A stretch of DNA of 64,000 bases from Octopus vulgaris (Eukaryota), in NCBI GenBank assembly GCA_951406725.2, contig OX597815.1:168764001-168828000 (forward strand), written 5' to 3'. The translations under genes were made by a program, and so were the position numbers. Of this stretch, positions 12,995 through 26,329 are shown piece after piece (positions within the stretch are counted from its first letter, which is position 1; every line of letters starts with the position of its first letter). Under the pieces are notes generated by a model. The model was given only the letters and a program-made list of their open reading frames with translations, had not been told where the DNA came from and searched no databases.

Positions 12995-13755
12995 AGAATA
13001 GAGTGAAACTTAGAAGAGGTGCTTAGGAAAGGCATCGCAACCGACGGGCTGGCGGCGAGATTGGCCCAGGACCAATTCTTCAATGCTAAGCACCAAGGGT
13101 GCATTGTTTGAATAAAGGTGCGTGCTCTAAGAAACGAGGAAACGAAAGCTGCTTGATGGGCTCGCGTGGCAGAGGTACAACGGGACAACAAAGCCACGAT
13201 TTGGTCTTTGGTAGACCAAAATGGGCGCACAGTACTGCGCATTTCAGCAGCTCTTCGCTCAACTGTTTGGGACGAGTGGTAAACCGGATCGCAGGATGGA
13301 CTTCAGTACCTAACTACGACGGTATGCTACGACACTCGACAAAGGTGGACGGGAGGGGCAGGAATGCCGATAACAGCCACGAAAATTCGAGATGCGATGA
13401 TGAGCTCCATGGGAACCAAATCACCTGGTTTGTATGGTCTGTCCTACGAGCTTTACTTTTATATACTAGATTTGATTGGCAGCCTCTAAGCAGATATCTA
13501 CCGCAACTGGCAGCAGAACGAGAGAATTACTTGTTCTGTAAGTCGATGAGCGGTGACATTGCTGAGGAAGGACCCAAACAAGGGGAATCAAATAGAAAGT
13601 TTTAGGCCCATATCGCTGCTGAACGAAGACTTCAAAATTTTGGCCAAAGTGTTAGCAAAAAGATTAGCGCTTATCGTCGAGGAACTTGTTTGTGATGCGC
13701 AAACATGCGCAATCTCAAGCAGATCCATTTGCGACAACCTCCACCTCATGCGATA
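12995..13755 (+). mobile_element. L1/Tx1-type LINE ORF2 fragment (start of RT)
   Basis: KSPGLYGLSYELY...TLLRKDPNKGNQIESFRPISLLNEDFKILAKVLAKRL...QTCAISSRSICDNLHLMR, with stops and frameshifts. Confidence 0.85.
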
Positions 13756-14696
13756 CAAGAAAAATCTCTCAATGGTAAATACCCAAAGAGAACGAATAAT
13801 GCCGATGTTGACAAAGCCCTTGCCCATCAATGGTTAATGGCTTCTGGCTTAAAATCAGAAACAGAGGGGTTTATCATAGCAGCCCAAGATCATTGCCTAC
13901 CTACAAGGAACTAGCAGGCCAACATATTAAAGAACGGCAGCTTTCCAACATGTCGTGTATGTCAACAACAAAATGAAACTATTGATCTCCATGTTCTGTC
14001 TTCAACAGAATATCTCAACAGGCATGATAGAGCTGCACAATATATTCACTGGGTAATTTGCAAACACCTGGACTTGCCCCATGATAAAAACTGGTGGGAA
14101 CACAAACCACCTCCAGTGCTTCAAAATGGTCACATCTCACTCCTCTGGAACTTCACCATTCAAGCTGACAGAAAGATAGATGCAAATAGGCCAGACATCA
14201 TATTGAAAGACTTCAGACAAAAATCATGCCTCCTCATTGATATGACTGTCCCAATCAATACAAACGTATCTGTCAAGACCTACCAAAAACTGAGCAAGTA
14301 TAAAGATCTTGAAATAGAAATTAGCAAAATGTGGAACCTGAAGACTAAAACAATACCTGATGTCATAGGTGCCCTAGGAATGATAGCAAAAGGGGATGAT
14401 TGTTACCTAGCTCAGATACCAGGAAACCCCAAAATGGCAGAAATTCAAAAGATAATGCTCATGGGAACTGCCCACACCCTACGTAAAATACTGTCTGTGT
14501 AGTATCAAATTTTAAAACAAACACATAATTTTCTCATGGTTTCTTAAACATTCTCTAGAACAACACTATGTACAAAACCAAATATATGGAACCCGAAGCA
14601 TAACACCAACATGGACTTCTGACTTGTTGTCTCTTGAGGTCTCTGGGTGAGACTTGGAGCCAACTTGTACAAATGCAAAGCAAAAGTCAAACATAA

Positions 14697-14759
<63 letters not shown>
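13756..14759 (+). mobile_element. R4/Dong-clade RLE LINE, 5'-truncated, with (TAA)n tail
   Basis: LKSETEGFIIAAQD, CRVC zinc knuckle, RHD, restriction-like endonuclease NRPDI...LIDMTVP...KLSKYKDLEIEI (ORF 14074-14502), 3' UTR, then (TAA)n at about 14698-14759, the known Dong target/tail. Confidence 0.9.
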
Positions 14760-14870
14760 CATTTAGAGATTAAAATACAGTCGTATCCCACTCGGCCTTA
14801 TTCAATTTACAACAAGGGAGCCTGATGTAATCTCAACAAATGATTTCCGGGGCATCGGTATTTCTCTGAA

Positions 14871-15101
14871 GGCGGCGAGCTGGCAGAAACGTTAGCACGC
14901 CGGGCGAAATGTGTAGCCGTATTTCGTCTGCCGCTACGTTCTGAGTTCAAATTCCGCCGAGGTCGACTTTGCCTTTCATCCTTTCGGGGTCGATTAAATA
15001 AGTACCAGTTACGCACTGGGTCGATGTAATTGACTTAATCCCTTTGTCTGTCCTTGTTTGTCCCCTCTATGTTTAGCCCCCTGTGGGCAATAAAGAAATA
15101 G
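14871..15101 (+). mobile_element. SINE family B, full length
   Basis: Near-identical to copies at 7794, 21772, 34100 and 51357. Confidence 0.9.
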
Positions 15102-15196
15102 ATTACAGTCTCAAAACTTTAGATATGCCGGATTACGCAGATACAACTAAATCATGTACAATAATGATCTTTTATCTTGTCTCACTCATTGTCAAT

Positions 15197-15316
15197 GAGG
15201 ACGTAAACAAACCAACACCGGTTATCAAGCGTTGGTGACACCCAAACATGCACATATGCAAACACATGCACACAATGCATACTTATATTCATACGCACCC
15301 ACACATACACACACAC

Positions 15317-15363
<47 letters not shown>

Positions 15364-15802
15364 TGTATGTATGCATGCATGCATGCATGTATGTATGTAT
15401 GTACGTACGTATGTATGTATGTATGTATGTATGTATGTATGCAAGTATGTATGTATGTGTGTGTGTATGTATGTATGTGTGTATGCAAATATGTATGTAT
15501 GCATGCATGCATATATGTACGTACGTATGTATGTATGTGTATATCTCTATGTATGTATGTACGTACGTACGTACGTATGTATGTATGCATGTATGTATGT
15601 ATGTATGTATGTATGTATGTATGTATGTATGTATGTATGTATGTATGTATGTATAAGTACGATGGTAGTTGCCGCTAGCAAATCCACTGACAAGGCTTTC
15701 TTTGGTCGAACCAAGGTTACAGTAGAAGACACTCGCCCAAGGTGTCAAGCAGTGGAACTAAACCTGGAACCATGTGGTTGGGAAGCAAGCTTTTACCACA
15801 TA
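15197..15802 (-). mobile_element. SINE family A with expanded internal (TATG)n
   Basis: Head at about 15675-15802 and tail fragment at about 15197-15245, separated by about 340 bp of (TATG)n. Confidence 0.7.
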
Positions 15803-16802
15803 ATCTGTATTCAGCACGCTTTAAGTTATAAAAATATGTAAAATAAAACATTATCAATACAACATACATAACGTACTTACGTTTATGGTTTTGGTTTGCA
15901 CGATTCCTAATGTGAAATCGTGTGTTGAAACAGGTATTGTTTTATTTCGGGATGGTCATTTTTTTTGCCAAATAAACACACGCACTGTATATCCGTTTTC
16001 CAATCGTTTATTATTGTCCTTATTTTATCATATGTACACTGTCTGGAAATCTTTCGTCACACATCTGTGACCTCTTCAGCGACTCTTCCATCCACGTGTA
16101 TCCTATTCTGTTTAGTTAATTCTGTCTTTCTATGATGTGTATCCTTATCTGCGCATACGTTTGCGGCTGTATCCGCGCGCGCGCGCGTATGTGTGTGTCT
16201 GTGTGCATGTGTATGTGTGCACGCACGTATGTGCACACCCGTATATGTGTTTTCTAGGTGTGTTTGTGCGTATGTGTGTGTGTGTGTGTGTGTACGGGTT
16301 TGCTTGCTACATTGTTTGCATCTTTTGCCCTTTACATAGTTATTTTTTCATCTGTTTACTTATCTGTTTTTTTATATTTCATCATAAATATGTGCATGTT
16401 TGTCTTTTTTGTCTTGTGTATATATTATACTGTTTGTATCTGTCTTTTTTCCTTTCTGTCTTTAGACGTCGTGTTGCGTGGTGTTGTGGTGGTGGCGGAA
16501 GGTAAGATAAAATTATAATAATAATAAACGAGTGGAGAACGAATATATAGTTCTCGTGTATTTGACAAGAAAGAAAATGACCATCCCGAAATGTAACAAT
16601 ACATAATCTACGTTTGTTGTTTAAACGCTGCGGTTTTTCGTCCGGGAAAATTTTCTTTAAAGTGTTAAAAAAGACCTATATAATATACTGCAGATGTTGT
16701 TTTTATTACAGAGCTGTTCTATTGCATAATTCGAAATTATTCTGCTTATGTGATGCAATTGCAAACCAGCAGTTAGTTTATGCATGCACTATCTGCATAT
16801 GT

Positions 16803-17205
16803 GAGAACTAAGTGCGCCATGGGAGGAACATATGGGGGAAGAAATGGGGCGAATCTTGCCAAATACAAGAAGCTAGTAGAGCAGTGCAGGAATTTGAGAT
16901 GACAGGCACGTTTTTGAGGCAATAGAAGTAGGTTGTCGAGGTTTTGTGGGGCGATAATTCTTAAAAGCTTTGACTGAGTTTGGAGTTATTGGTGCAGCAA
17001 AGAGGAAAACTATAAGTTCCATCACTGAAAATGCATAGAAAGCCATTAGGTAGCTTTAGTTAAAGAGGGAAGACAGCGGTTTTCTACTATTGGGATGAAA
17101 GCTGGGACTTGATCAACCCCGGCTGGATCAACTCGACGAGGGATCTGATGTTAGCAGACCCGAAATCTCTTGAGGTCCACAGAAACATGAATGATGATGC
17201 ATCCC
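16803..17205 (+). mobile_element. HERO-like RLE LINE 3' fragment
   Basis: Degraded translation EL..PWEE...LAKYKKLVEQCR...AIEVGCRGFVG...ENA.KA.R.L.LKR followed by 3' UTR. Confidence 0.7.
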
Positions 17206-17667
17206 AGAGTATCCGTAATATATATTTTAAAACTATACTTCAAACTAGCGGATTTGATTTCGTTTTGGAAGTAACACGAGTACGCAACATTGACAGGCCA
17301 TAATCACAGCGAAATACGTCCCTGTGACTTTCGTGATCACTAGTGGGGCTGAAGTATATTGTTCAGTTTTTAATGCTATACGTCTTTAAAGGGATTTTGT
17401 TTCGACGAAATCCCCCCGCTCCCAACGTTTAAGTAGGAGTACAGATAATGTTTTTTCCCCCAAGAGCTGCTTCTTTTGCCTAATTCCAATTTATTATGTA
17501 AAATAATTTTAAAAAAAGTTTCGTACTCCATGGTTTCTGCCAAATATTTAAATACGTACACCGTTCTTTCACATTTTTTGACCTTTTGTATTGCTGAATG
17601 TTTACATTATTTCTGCATATTTTCGTTACACTTCAAACAACAACATTGAGATATAAGCTATTTACAG

Positions 17668-18135
17668 AGGCGACGAGACAGAAGAATCGTTAGTGCGTCG
17701 AACGAAGTGCATGCGGCATTTTTTTCGACTCTTTACGGTCTGAGTTCAAATTCTACCGAAGTCGACTTTGTCTTTCATACTTTTGAGATTCATAAAATAA
17801 GCACCAGTTGAAATTGGGGTCGGCGTAATCAACTAGCCCCCCGTCCCTAAAATTCCAGGCCTTGTACTTATAGTAAAAAGAATTATTAAAGGCGGTGAGC
17901 TGGTACAATCGTTAGCATGCCGGACAAAATGTTTTGCAGCATTTCTTCCAGCTTGGCGTTCTGGAGTAAAATCCCACCGAAGTCGATTTTGCCTTTCATT
18001 CTTTTGAGGTTGATAAAATAAGTACCAGTCGAGCACTGGAGTCAATGTAATCAACTAACCCCCTCCCTCTAAAATTTCATGCCTTGTGCCTTTAATAGAA
18101 ACAAAAAGTTGAGCACTGGGGTTGATGTAGTCGCT
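17668..18135 (+). mobile_element. Two tandem diverged SINE family B copies
   Basis: Heads at about 17668 and 17890, each with the GTCGA.TTTG.CTTTCAT...ATAAAATAAG..CCAG core. Confidence 0.75.
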
Positions 18136-19227
18136 CTACTCACTCTCCCTTGTTCAAAATTTTAAACCATAAGAGCTATTTATATCCACTCATGCACATA
18201 TGTGACTGCTCAGCTCAACAATTTGAATTCAGAGCGTAAATATGGACGAAATGCTGCAAAACATTTTGCCCGGATTGCTCACCGCCTTAAAAGTTAGTAT
18301 CATATTAAGAACTAACCTTTGCAACAGACAGTTGAAAATAAAAACCTCAAATGACAAAGTTACTGAAGTAGAACGAAAATATTCTAAGATAAAGTAAATT
18401 CGTCAATAAAAACGAATCACAAAATATGAAAGAAGCGTTGCCTTCCTTTTTACTCTTCATTTTCTTTAGCGCAAAACTAATACCAACTCTATGTTCGCTT
18501 TGGGTGAACCGGACAAAAATCCACTAGGACAAAATACACCTCTGGACTAGGTGAATGAGAGGAAGACCATGGAGGAATTTCTGAATATCGTAGGGCGAAC
18601 TTTAAATGACCATCAACTCTTAATGAGGTTTTCAATATTGTGTTTATTTTAATTTTTCAGGTACGGTATGGCGTTCTTTTTATTATGCTCATTTTTGTGA
18701 TTGGGGTTATTATATAATTAATGTAATATTTTACATCTCAGAGAAGTGTTCACAAACTACAAATAATAATAAAAATTATGATTTTAAAACAGTTTTTTGT
18801 TTTGTCCTCAGGGATTTATTTCTAGGACGGTTTGTTATTGGAGAGTTTTGTCTAACACTCTTATTTTTTACCTCGTCATTGTATTGTATTTTTTGTCACC
18901 TTTCTACTAAACGCGTTAAATATAAGGTGGTACTGTGGCTAACAAGATAATTTAGATAAAAGCTTAACTCCATCCCCTTTTATTTTACATATTTTTCAAA
19001 AAATTCTTCGAAGTTCTTACATTCTCACCGTTTTATTTATTTCTTTCTTTTCTTCTCTGTTTTCCTTTTTCCGAAATCTTTTTTTCTTTTTTTTTTTTTT
19101 TTAGAATTCTAATGCGGCAAAATTTGGAGATTATGATTCTGGAAAAAAAAGTCTTTTTCAAAATTCCAATTAAAAAATTTAATCTCTTCTTCTTCCCACT
19201 TTTGAGAGTACCCAGGTTCCAACACTT

Positions 19228-19942
19228 GGATCTTTACCTTTTGAACGGCACTTTGTAACATAATTTCTAGGTAACTAAACACTTTTAAACTTCGTATACT
19301 GGTAGAATGTGTTTATAAAACATCATTTTCTCTTGGCTTTATTGAGAAAATTCTATATGTTGTAACATATTTCGTCTTTAATTTCGAGCATTTCGGCAAT
19401 TTTGACCAATCGCTGACCACCATTTAGGTAAATAACATTCTGTGCATAATGAATATGTCCCTCCTTTAAGAAACAGATTGGGTTTATTTACATTTGTGAA
19501 GAAAAAAGACACCCTTCCCCAACCCCTAACCCTAACCCTAACTCTAACCCTAAATCTAAAATAGATTGAAATGCAATAGATCGATACTAGAGCCATAATT
19601 ATGGGTGACAATTTCATACGACACCGCTACGGAAAATGAGATTTTTTTCTAGTGGTGTCAAATGAAAATGTCACCCATAATTATGGCCCTAGTATCGATC
19701 TATTGCATTTCAATCTGTTTTAGACTTAGGGTTAGAGTTAGGGTTAGTTAGGGTTAGGGTTAGGGGTTGGGGAAGTGTATCTTTTTTTCTTCACAAATGT
19801 ATGTTTACCAACCACATGGTTCCGGGTTCAGTCCCACTGCGTGGCACCTTGGGCAAGTGTCTTCTACTATAGCCTCGGGCCGACCAAAGCCCTGTGAGTG
19901 GATTTGGTAGACGGAAACTGAAAGAAGCCCGTCGTATATATG

Positions 19943-19973
<31 letters not shown>

Positions 19974-20441
19974 TTGTGTGTCTGTGTTTGTCCCCCTAGC
20001 ATTGCTTGACAACCGATGCTGGTGTGTTTATGTCCCCGTTACTTAGCGGTTCGGCAAAAGAGACCGATAGAATAAGTACTGGGCTTACAAAAGAATAAGT
20101 CCCGGGATCGAGTTGCTCGATTAAAGGCGGTGCTCCAGCATGGCCGCAGTCAAATGACTGAAACAAGTAAAAGAGTAAAGAGTAAACCCAATCTGTTTCT
20201 TAAAGGAGGGACATATTCATTATGCACAGAATGTTATTTACCTAAATGGTGGTCAGCGATTGGTTAAAATTGCCGAAATGCTCGAAATTAAAGACGAAAT
20301 ATATTACAACATATAGAATTTTCTCAATAAAGCCAAGAGAAAATGATGTTTTATAAACACATTCTACCAGTATACGAAGTTTAAAAGTGTTTAGTTAACT
20401 AGAAATTGTGTTGAAAAGTGCCGTTCAAAAGGAAAAGATCC
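19228..20441. mobile_element. Palindromic dimer of a Merlin-like MITE, 8-bp TSD
   Basis: GGATCTTT...AAAGATCC termini and perfect TSD CAACACTT (19220-19227, 20442-20449). The roughly 400-bp arms are inverted repeats. Internal (CCCTAA)n/(TTAGGG)n. The right arm is interrupted by a SINE. Confidence 0.85.
19805..20183 (+). mobile_element. SINE family A, slightly 5'-truncated, nested in the MITE arm
   Basis: High identity to other family A copies, with an (AAAGAGT) tail. Confidence 0.9.
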
Positions 20442-21146
20442 CAACACTTCACAGTTCGTGAATTATTTCACCACGGATCAACAGCGAATATACAACCTGT
20501 ATGAACTCCTGTACTAGTGATCCAGGCAGCAGCATCACAGCCACGACTTCACACACGACATGTACCTGCAACCGGCTCGGTACTATGGCCGCGACTTCTT
20601 GATACAGTATTTCAACTACCGAGCACTAATGACTACGAACTGGTATCAATTATCTTCAAACCAGTCAGACTCAGCCTCTCACACCTACAATGTCATTCTA
20701 ATAATAAACGATCCTATCATTGAAATCTTAAAGCTATGAGATAATACATGATTAATTCAAAGCAATGTAAATAAATAATCATTACATTTGACAGAGTAAT
20801 TTGAATACCAAAGGTTTTAATCTGATTGTGGACTTCGAGAACAGAATTCTTGGTCAACTGTCTTCTTACCAAATGGCTATTTCTTCTTAACATTTATTAC
20901 AACTACGTAGGATATATTCAGCTAATTTTAAATAGTTCATTTCTTTAACAGCTGCTATTAATTTTGTTCTTGATGGTGTATGCACTCTATTTTTATAGTT
21001 GTATATTGTTTGTGAACAAGGCAATTTATATACATTGAGATATTATTTCATTTTATATATGACTCTGAACATGTACGGTTCATGTGCACACTGCCATAAC
21101 AGCAGTTGGAAAACATGTTTGCTCCAAATGAGGAAAGTTGATCGTG

Positions 21147-21182
<36 letters not shown>

Positions 21183-21614
21183 CTTTTTAGTTATATATTC
21201 ACTCATACACTCTCTCTTTCTCTATCGTGTGTGAGAGAGAGGGAGATTTGAGGCTATTATTTAATAGCCATCTTGCTCTTGAAACAAAGAGGTATCATAA
21301 AGAGGAAGAAACAGTATATTTTTCTCTATATAACAACAGGAGGTGTGTGTGTGGGGGGGTCTCTGCGGCTTGCAAGCTGCATGTGGCTCTTGAGCTGCTG
21401 TGTGCAGCTCCTGAGACAAGATTGGCTTTCAAAATCATATCTTAGTAAAACAACTTCTGACATCCTACCGACCAGATTTTAAAGTAATTACTGCAAAAAT
21501 GAAGATGCAATATAAGCCTTCAGCAGGTGGGGAGTAATCAGTTTACTTAGCAGTATATATTTTTTATTTAATAATAAATGTTGTGGCTTTTGAATGTAAA
21601 AAGATACACGTGTT

Positions 21615-21755
21615 AAGGAGTGTGGACTAATGGCTGGGGTGTTGCACTCATGATTGCAAGATTATTGCTTTGATTCCCTGACTAGTGGCATGTTGTTTTC
21701 TTGAGCAAAACACTTCATTTCATGTTACTCCAGTCCACTCAGCTGTAGGTGGGTA
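21615..21755 (+). mobile_element. SINE family C 5' part, diverged
   Basis: TTCTTGAGCAAAACACTTCATTTCATGTTACTCCAGTCCACTCAGCTG is shared with the 41958 copy. Confidence 0.7.
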
Positions 21756-21771
21756 AATCTGTGACAGATAA

Positions 21772-22005
21772 GGCGGCGAGCTGGCAGAAACGTTAGCACG
21801 CCGGGCGAAAGGTTTAGCAGTATTTCGTCTGCCGTTACGTTCTGAGTTCAAATTCCACCGAGGCCGACTTTGCCTTTCATCCTTTCGGAGTAGATAAATT
21901 AAGTACCAGTTACGCACTGGAGTCGATATAATCGACTTAATCCGTTTGTCTGTCCTTGTTTGTCCCTTCTGTGTTTAGCTCCTTGTGGGTAGTAAAGAAA
22001 TAGGT
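21772..22005 (+). mobile_element. SINE family B, full length
   Basis: Same head, core and tail as the other family B copies. Confidence 0.9.
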
Positions 22006-23218
22006 ATTATTCATCTTTCTTGTGTCTATGAACTTCTCACTTCAAAGACTATAGACGTTTTCGCTGTCTTCTTCATTGCCATCCTTATATGTGCCTAACA
22101 CACGCATACATCTATGCTCACACACACGCATACATTTTGTTCTCGTGACAGCCTATCTATTATTCTGTATACACGACGCACACACAGACACACGTTAACA
22201 TATCAATAAATCTTCTCTTAATCATTCAACGCGGTTGTGTCTCTTTCCCTCTGGTGCCTATCTGTTTCATTCAACTTCTCTCTATTGTATCAGCTGTGTG
22301 ATGTGGTACTAGCGAGCCATTCTCGACACCTCACATCGCCCGGTCCTTCACGTAACAATAGCCGCTGCGCGTACATAGATTTCTGTTGAACCAACTGATA
22401 GAATGTATGTGTGTGTGTATGTGTGTGTGAAGGCCTTAGTGTAATCTTTACATGCTAGAAATAACAACCAAATCTCCGAAAAACTTTTTCCACAAAAATT
22501 TCAGTTTTTTTTAAAAATCACCCCATTCCTCGGCTTTTGGAATAAAAGCCCCTCAGAAATAAGGAATGCATCAGCACAGTTACTCTTCCTCCCATTCCAA
22601 CTGCAACCACCCTCCTCCGACACATTAGATAAATTTTTGCGCCTTCCCTCTTCTTTGATAATGAGAAGGTGAATTAGAGTTTGCATCTATTTTATTCATA
22701 ATCTTAATATCCTTTATGTATTAGATATCAAACTGCTGTATCTTGTGACATAGCATGCTATGCCAATCTTCACTTTTTATGTATTCATACCCCTCTTGCA
22801 TGATTCTCTCCCCTGATCCCTAACTAAGATTATATATGCAATACAGGATATCCATAAATTAACTCTCAACCTTCCACCCTTCAAATTGTAAAGATAATTT
22901 ATGAACACTTGTATCTTTAGATATCATCTTTAAGATTTTAAAGAGTTCGAAAAGTGTGTGTGTTTTTTTTTCCTTTGAGTTTTATTTAAGTTCTTAAGAA
23001 AGTTCAAGCCGGTCGCTATAACAAAGCGACAAGACATTTTGAGTTAGCAGAGTTCTCGGTGTTTGTAAATATGTGGTTGAGTTGGCGTATCGGTTAAGCT
23101 GTTGATGTACACTCAAAAGTGTGTACATATAAAGAATCTCAGATAGAGAATCTTTGAAATGTCGGAATTCCTTGAGGGAATTTAAGATTCGGATTTCTCT
23201 GAGTACGACTGATGACTA

Positions 23219-23728
23219 CCGTAAATCCTCGAGTATAATCCGCATTTTCCCCCAAAATTTAAAGGTCAAAATCCCTAGTGCGTATTATATACGAGGTTAA
23301 AAATGAAAATTATTTTCTAAGCAACGTCCGAGTCTCTATTTGCTGTCCGGCAATGTTTATTCAGACGCATTTTGTTATGTCGGGCGCGAAAATACCTTAT
23401 GCTAAGCCTGAAAGCAATGAAGTCATAAAAGAATCATCCATAACTTGCAGTAAGCAACATTTATTAAACGTTATTACTGTTATTTCTTTATTTTCTGCAA
23501 ACAAAATGCACAAAAAAGCTGCACGTTTGCATTATGTTATATATACAATAATAATAAAGGACGTTACCGTATACATTTTTATAAACCAATGACGTTATAT
23601 AGACCGCCTTGACTCAAGTTAGAGAAGGGGTGCGTATTATACACAAAGTTTAGGTTTTTCAGAGGTACAGCCCCTAAAAATCCCCTGCGTATTATACTCA
23701 AGGGTGGACTATACTCGAGGATTTACGG
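23219..23728. mobile_element. Tc2/pogo-type MITE, TA TSD
   Basis: TA|CCGTAAATCCTCGAGTATAATCC ... GGACTATACTCGAGGATTTACGG|TA, with subterminal GCGTATTATA repeats at about 23280, 23632 and 23687. Confidence 0.9.
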
Positions 23729-23929
23729 TATTTATATCAGGTTTACATATGCAAACCCACTCCTTTCCAACATGGACTATTTCAGACAGGGAGATGGATG
23801 AAACTTCGCAACAGTGGAGAGAGCTGGGTTTGTCAGTTTCTCATGCAGCTGAGGATAGACAGAAACAGAAAGTATGGGACAATCTGTGTACAGGTGCTAC
23901 GCTCAGCTCTATTTTTGATTAATTTGATC

Positions 23930-24660
23930 AATTTTCAAGGTGTCACCTATTTTCCGCAAGGGCGAATTTCTCGGGGAACTGGATTGATGCCAACATTGGT
24001 CTACTCAGTCTGGATGATCCCTGCATCTCCATTGCACCCAGCGTGGGAGCCGACGTCTGTGAGAATTGAGATGTCGCTGTATGGACCCCTCGACACCACA
24101 TACCTTTATGGTTTGCCTTGCCGCCTAAAATCTGGGTCCTTTCGCTTGTCACATCGTGCTAAACTTAATCATTAAGTGGGTCTTGGTTCGGGTTTATATA
24201 CCTTCAGTTCTGGAACCGGTGTATCTATCCAGAAGTAATGGGAAGAGACCAAGTGGTCTTTTCCTTTGTCTCTGGGTAAGAGTTAGATGTCTTATCTGAG
24301 ACGCCACAGTCTGTGACTTTTTTGTTCCCTCCCATATCCTGAATACTGAGGTAAATGGGAGGGTAGTCGCTTCCGTAGCCGAACAGAACAAAATCTTTAA
24401 GGTATCGGGACTTGTCAGTGAACCACTTCTTCCAGCCTGTAGCATTTGAGATGTTTGGAGGGGCTGGGTCGCTAACAACGAAGTTCTTGTCATCGTTGGC
24501 TGCTCGCCTTACCAAGATGTCAGGTGGTGTCCGTGAGGGTGCTTGACTATTCCAACGCCTTAGCCTCGCCATCGTGCACGGTAATGTCACTAGCGTGTTG
24601 GCTTGCTTCAGTAGGTTCGGTTGAATTTTGTGGTGTGCGACCAATTGAAGCACTTAGTGT
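23930..24660 (-). mobile_element. GC-richer degraded coding-like fragment, possibly retroelement ORF1/gag
   Basis: Compositional shift with overlapping broken ORFs (24225-24653, 24194-24493, 23943-24152). No diagnostic motif recognised. Confidence 0.3.
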
Positions 24661-25133
24661 TGAATTGATGTTTTTATTCTTTTTTCCTTCTTCCCTTTTT
24701 TCTATCACCCCCCCCCCCCATTTTTAAATTCATATTCCCCTAATTTTTCTTATCCCCCCACCCATTTTTTTCAATTCCCGTTAGAAGAGAATCTCTTGAA
24801 ATTTTACTGTTACAGTTAAGAGTGTTGTTATTTAATAAATACAGTCTACTATCAAGTATTTGACCTTGTGAATGAGAGAATGCATTCTGGAGGACTAACA
24901 AATTATTAAGATTGTCCTTTTCGTACTCAGAGGTAGTGAGGTAGATATATACTGGCCAATGGTCTTCGCGCTATTTGATGCTATGAACTTGAAATACGAT
25001 CATTGTAGCCTTCCAATCCAACCAGATAAATTAAAATTTGTAAGGACGAATGGTACGAGCAACCTGAAATAACCAGATCTCATTCAAATTACATCCAACC
25101 AAAATACGTGTAAAGGTTGAAAGATTATTTTTG

Positions 25134-25568
25134 TGTAACTGTTGGAATTTATTTAGTGTGGTTACCAATTGTAACGAGTAAGATTGATTAGGTACACAAT
25201 AATATGAAATGTCGGAGTCAGCAGTTGTAACGATAAAAGTTGTTATAACGGTAAGTTGTAAGATGTGAAAGATGAACAATGCGTGAAGTTTTAAGAAATT
25301 ATTTATTTACCGTTACGTTACAATACCTTGCCTCGACGAGCAGGTGATGATATCGTAAAGCATGCGAAGTAAAGATAGATATGTAGTTTGTGTTTGTGTT
25401 CTCTTCATTGTTTAATAGTAATTACAGAGAGATAGAATGATGGTGTAAGAGAACAGAATTAGAGGTAGTGAGTGTGTGTGACGAAGGCTCGCATAGTCGC
25501 TGATAGTAAACTTCATTTCATTTATTCCTCTGACCAAGGTTCTAGCGGTCCGTTCGCTAACTGATGTT

Positions 25569-25642
<74 letters not shown>

Positions 25643-25953
25643 TCAAGAGTCATTATCAAATGACTGACTATCTTTTTGCTTGGGGTTTATGCTTTTATAA
25701 CTATCCAAAAGGATAGACATATCGTTGAGAACAATGGGCTTCGTTTGTGGTATTGTAATATCTCTATTCTAGCTTTTGGTGAAGTAGAAGAGGTTATAAG
25801 GGTTATTTCGGCCTAGCTAAAGCAATCGGGCAAATGTAAAACTGCTGTGAGAGAAAAACCATTGTTCCACCGTGAGAAAAGTTCTGTCGAACTGTTAATT
25901 TAAATTTGGCTATGGTGGATCGAATCCACTTCATGCTTGCAAGATTCACTACA
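25134..25953 (-). mobile_element. Solo LTR (family 1), inverted relative to 5973-6688
   Basis: Reverse complement begins TGTAGTGAATCTTGCA and ends CAGTTACA, collinear with 5973-6688. Internal (CT)n expansion. No clear TSD. Confidence 0.75.
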
Positions 25954-26329
25954 TACGTGTTGGTTTTAACTGGAACGTCTTTTATCAATATATTGCTTAA
26001 TGGATACTATCTGACTTAAACAACAACATTTTGCTTCTGTAATAGACTTAAACGTATGGGATGTATTTGCCATGACGACCATATATCTACACTTTCTATT
26101 TATATAATTGAGCTTTCCATCAAACCAGTTTCAAAATGCCCGCCTCAACAAGTCCTGTATCTATAATGAACATTACGATATGCTACTGAAAAGAACAATT
26201 AATTCTATCCAAAATTATGGAATCAAGGTAGTTACAGCTCATTGTTATTGCATCAACTAAACTAAAAAGTTACCGTCAGGCATGCACCACAATTCCGTAA
26301 CAATATGAAAAAAGGACAAAACAACTTAC

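Noticed and set aside
15182-15841. Long ORFs such as [16 protein letters not shown], and similar YIYI, HTHT and LSIY ORFs throughout
   Set aside because: These are translations of stop-free microsatellites, not genes.
19523-19770. Chromosome end or fusion site suggested by opposed CCCTAA/TTAGGG tracts
   Set aside because: Explained by the inverted dimer of a MITE that carries the tract internally.
5973-25953. Full-length LTR retrotransposon between the two family 1 LTRs
   Set aside because: The LTRs are inverted rather than direct, and no gag-pol lies between them.
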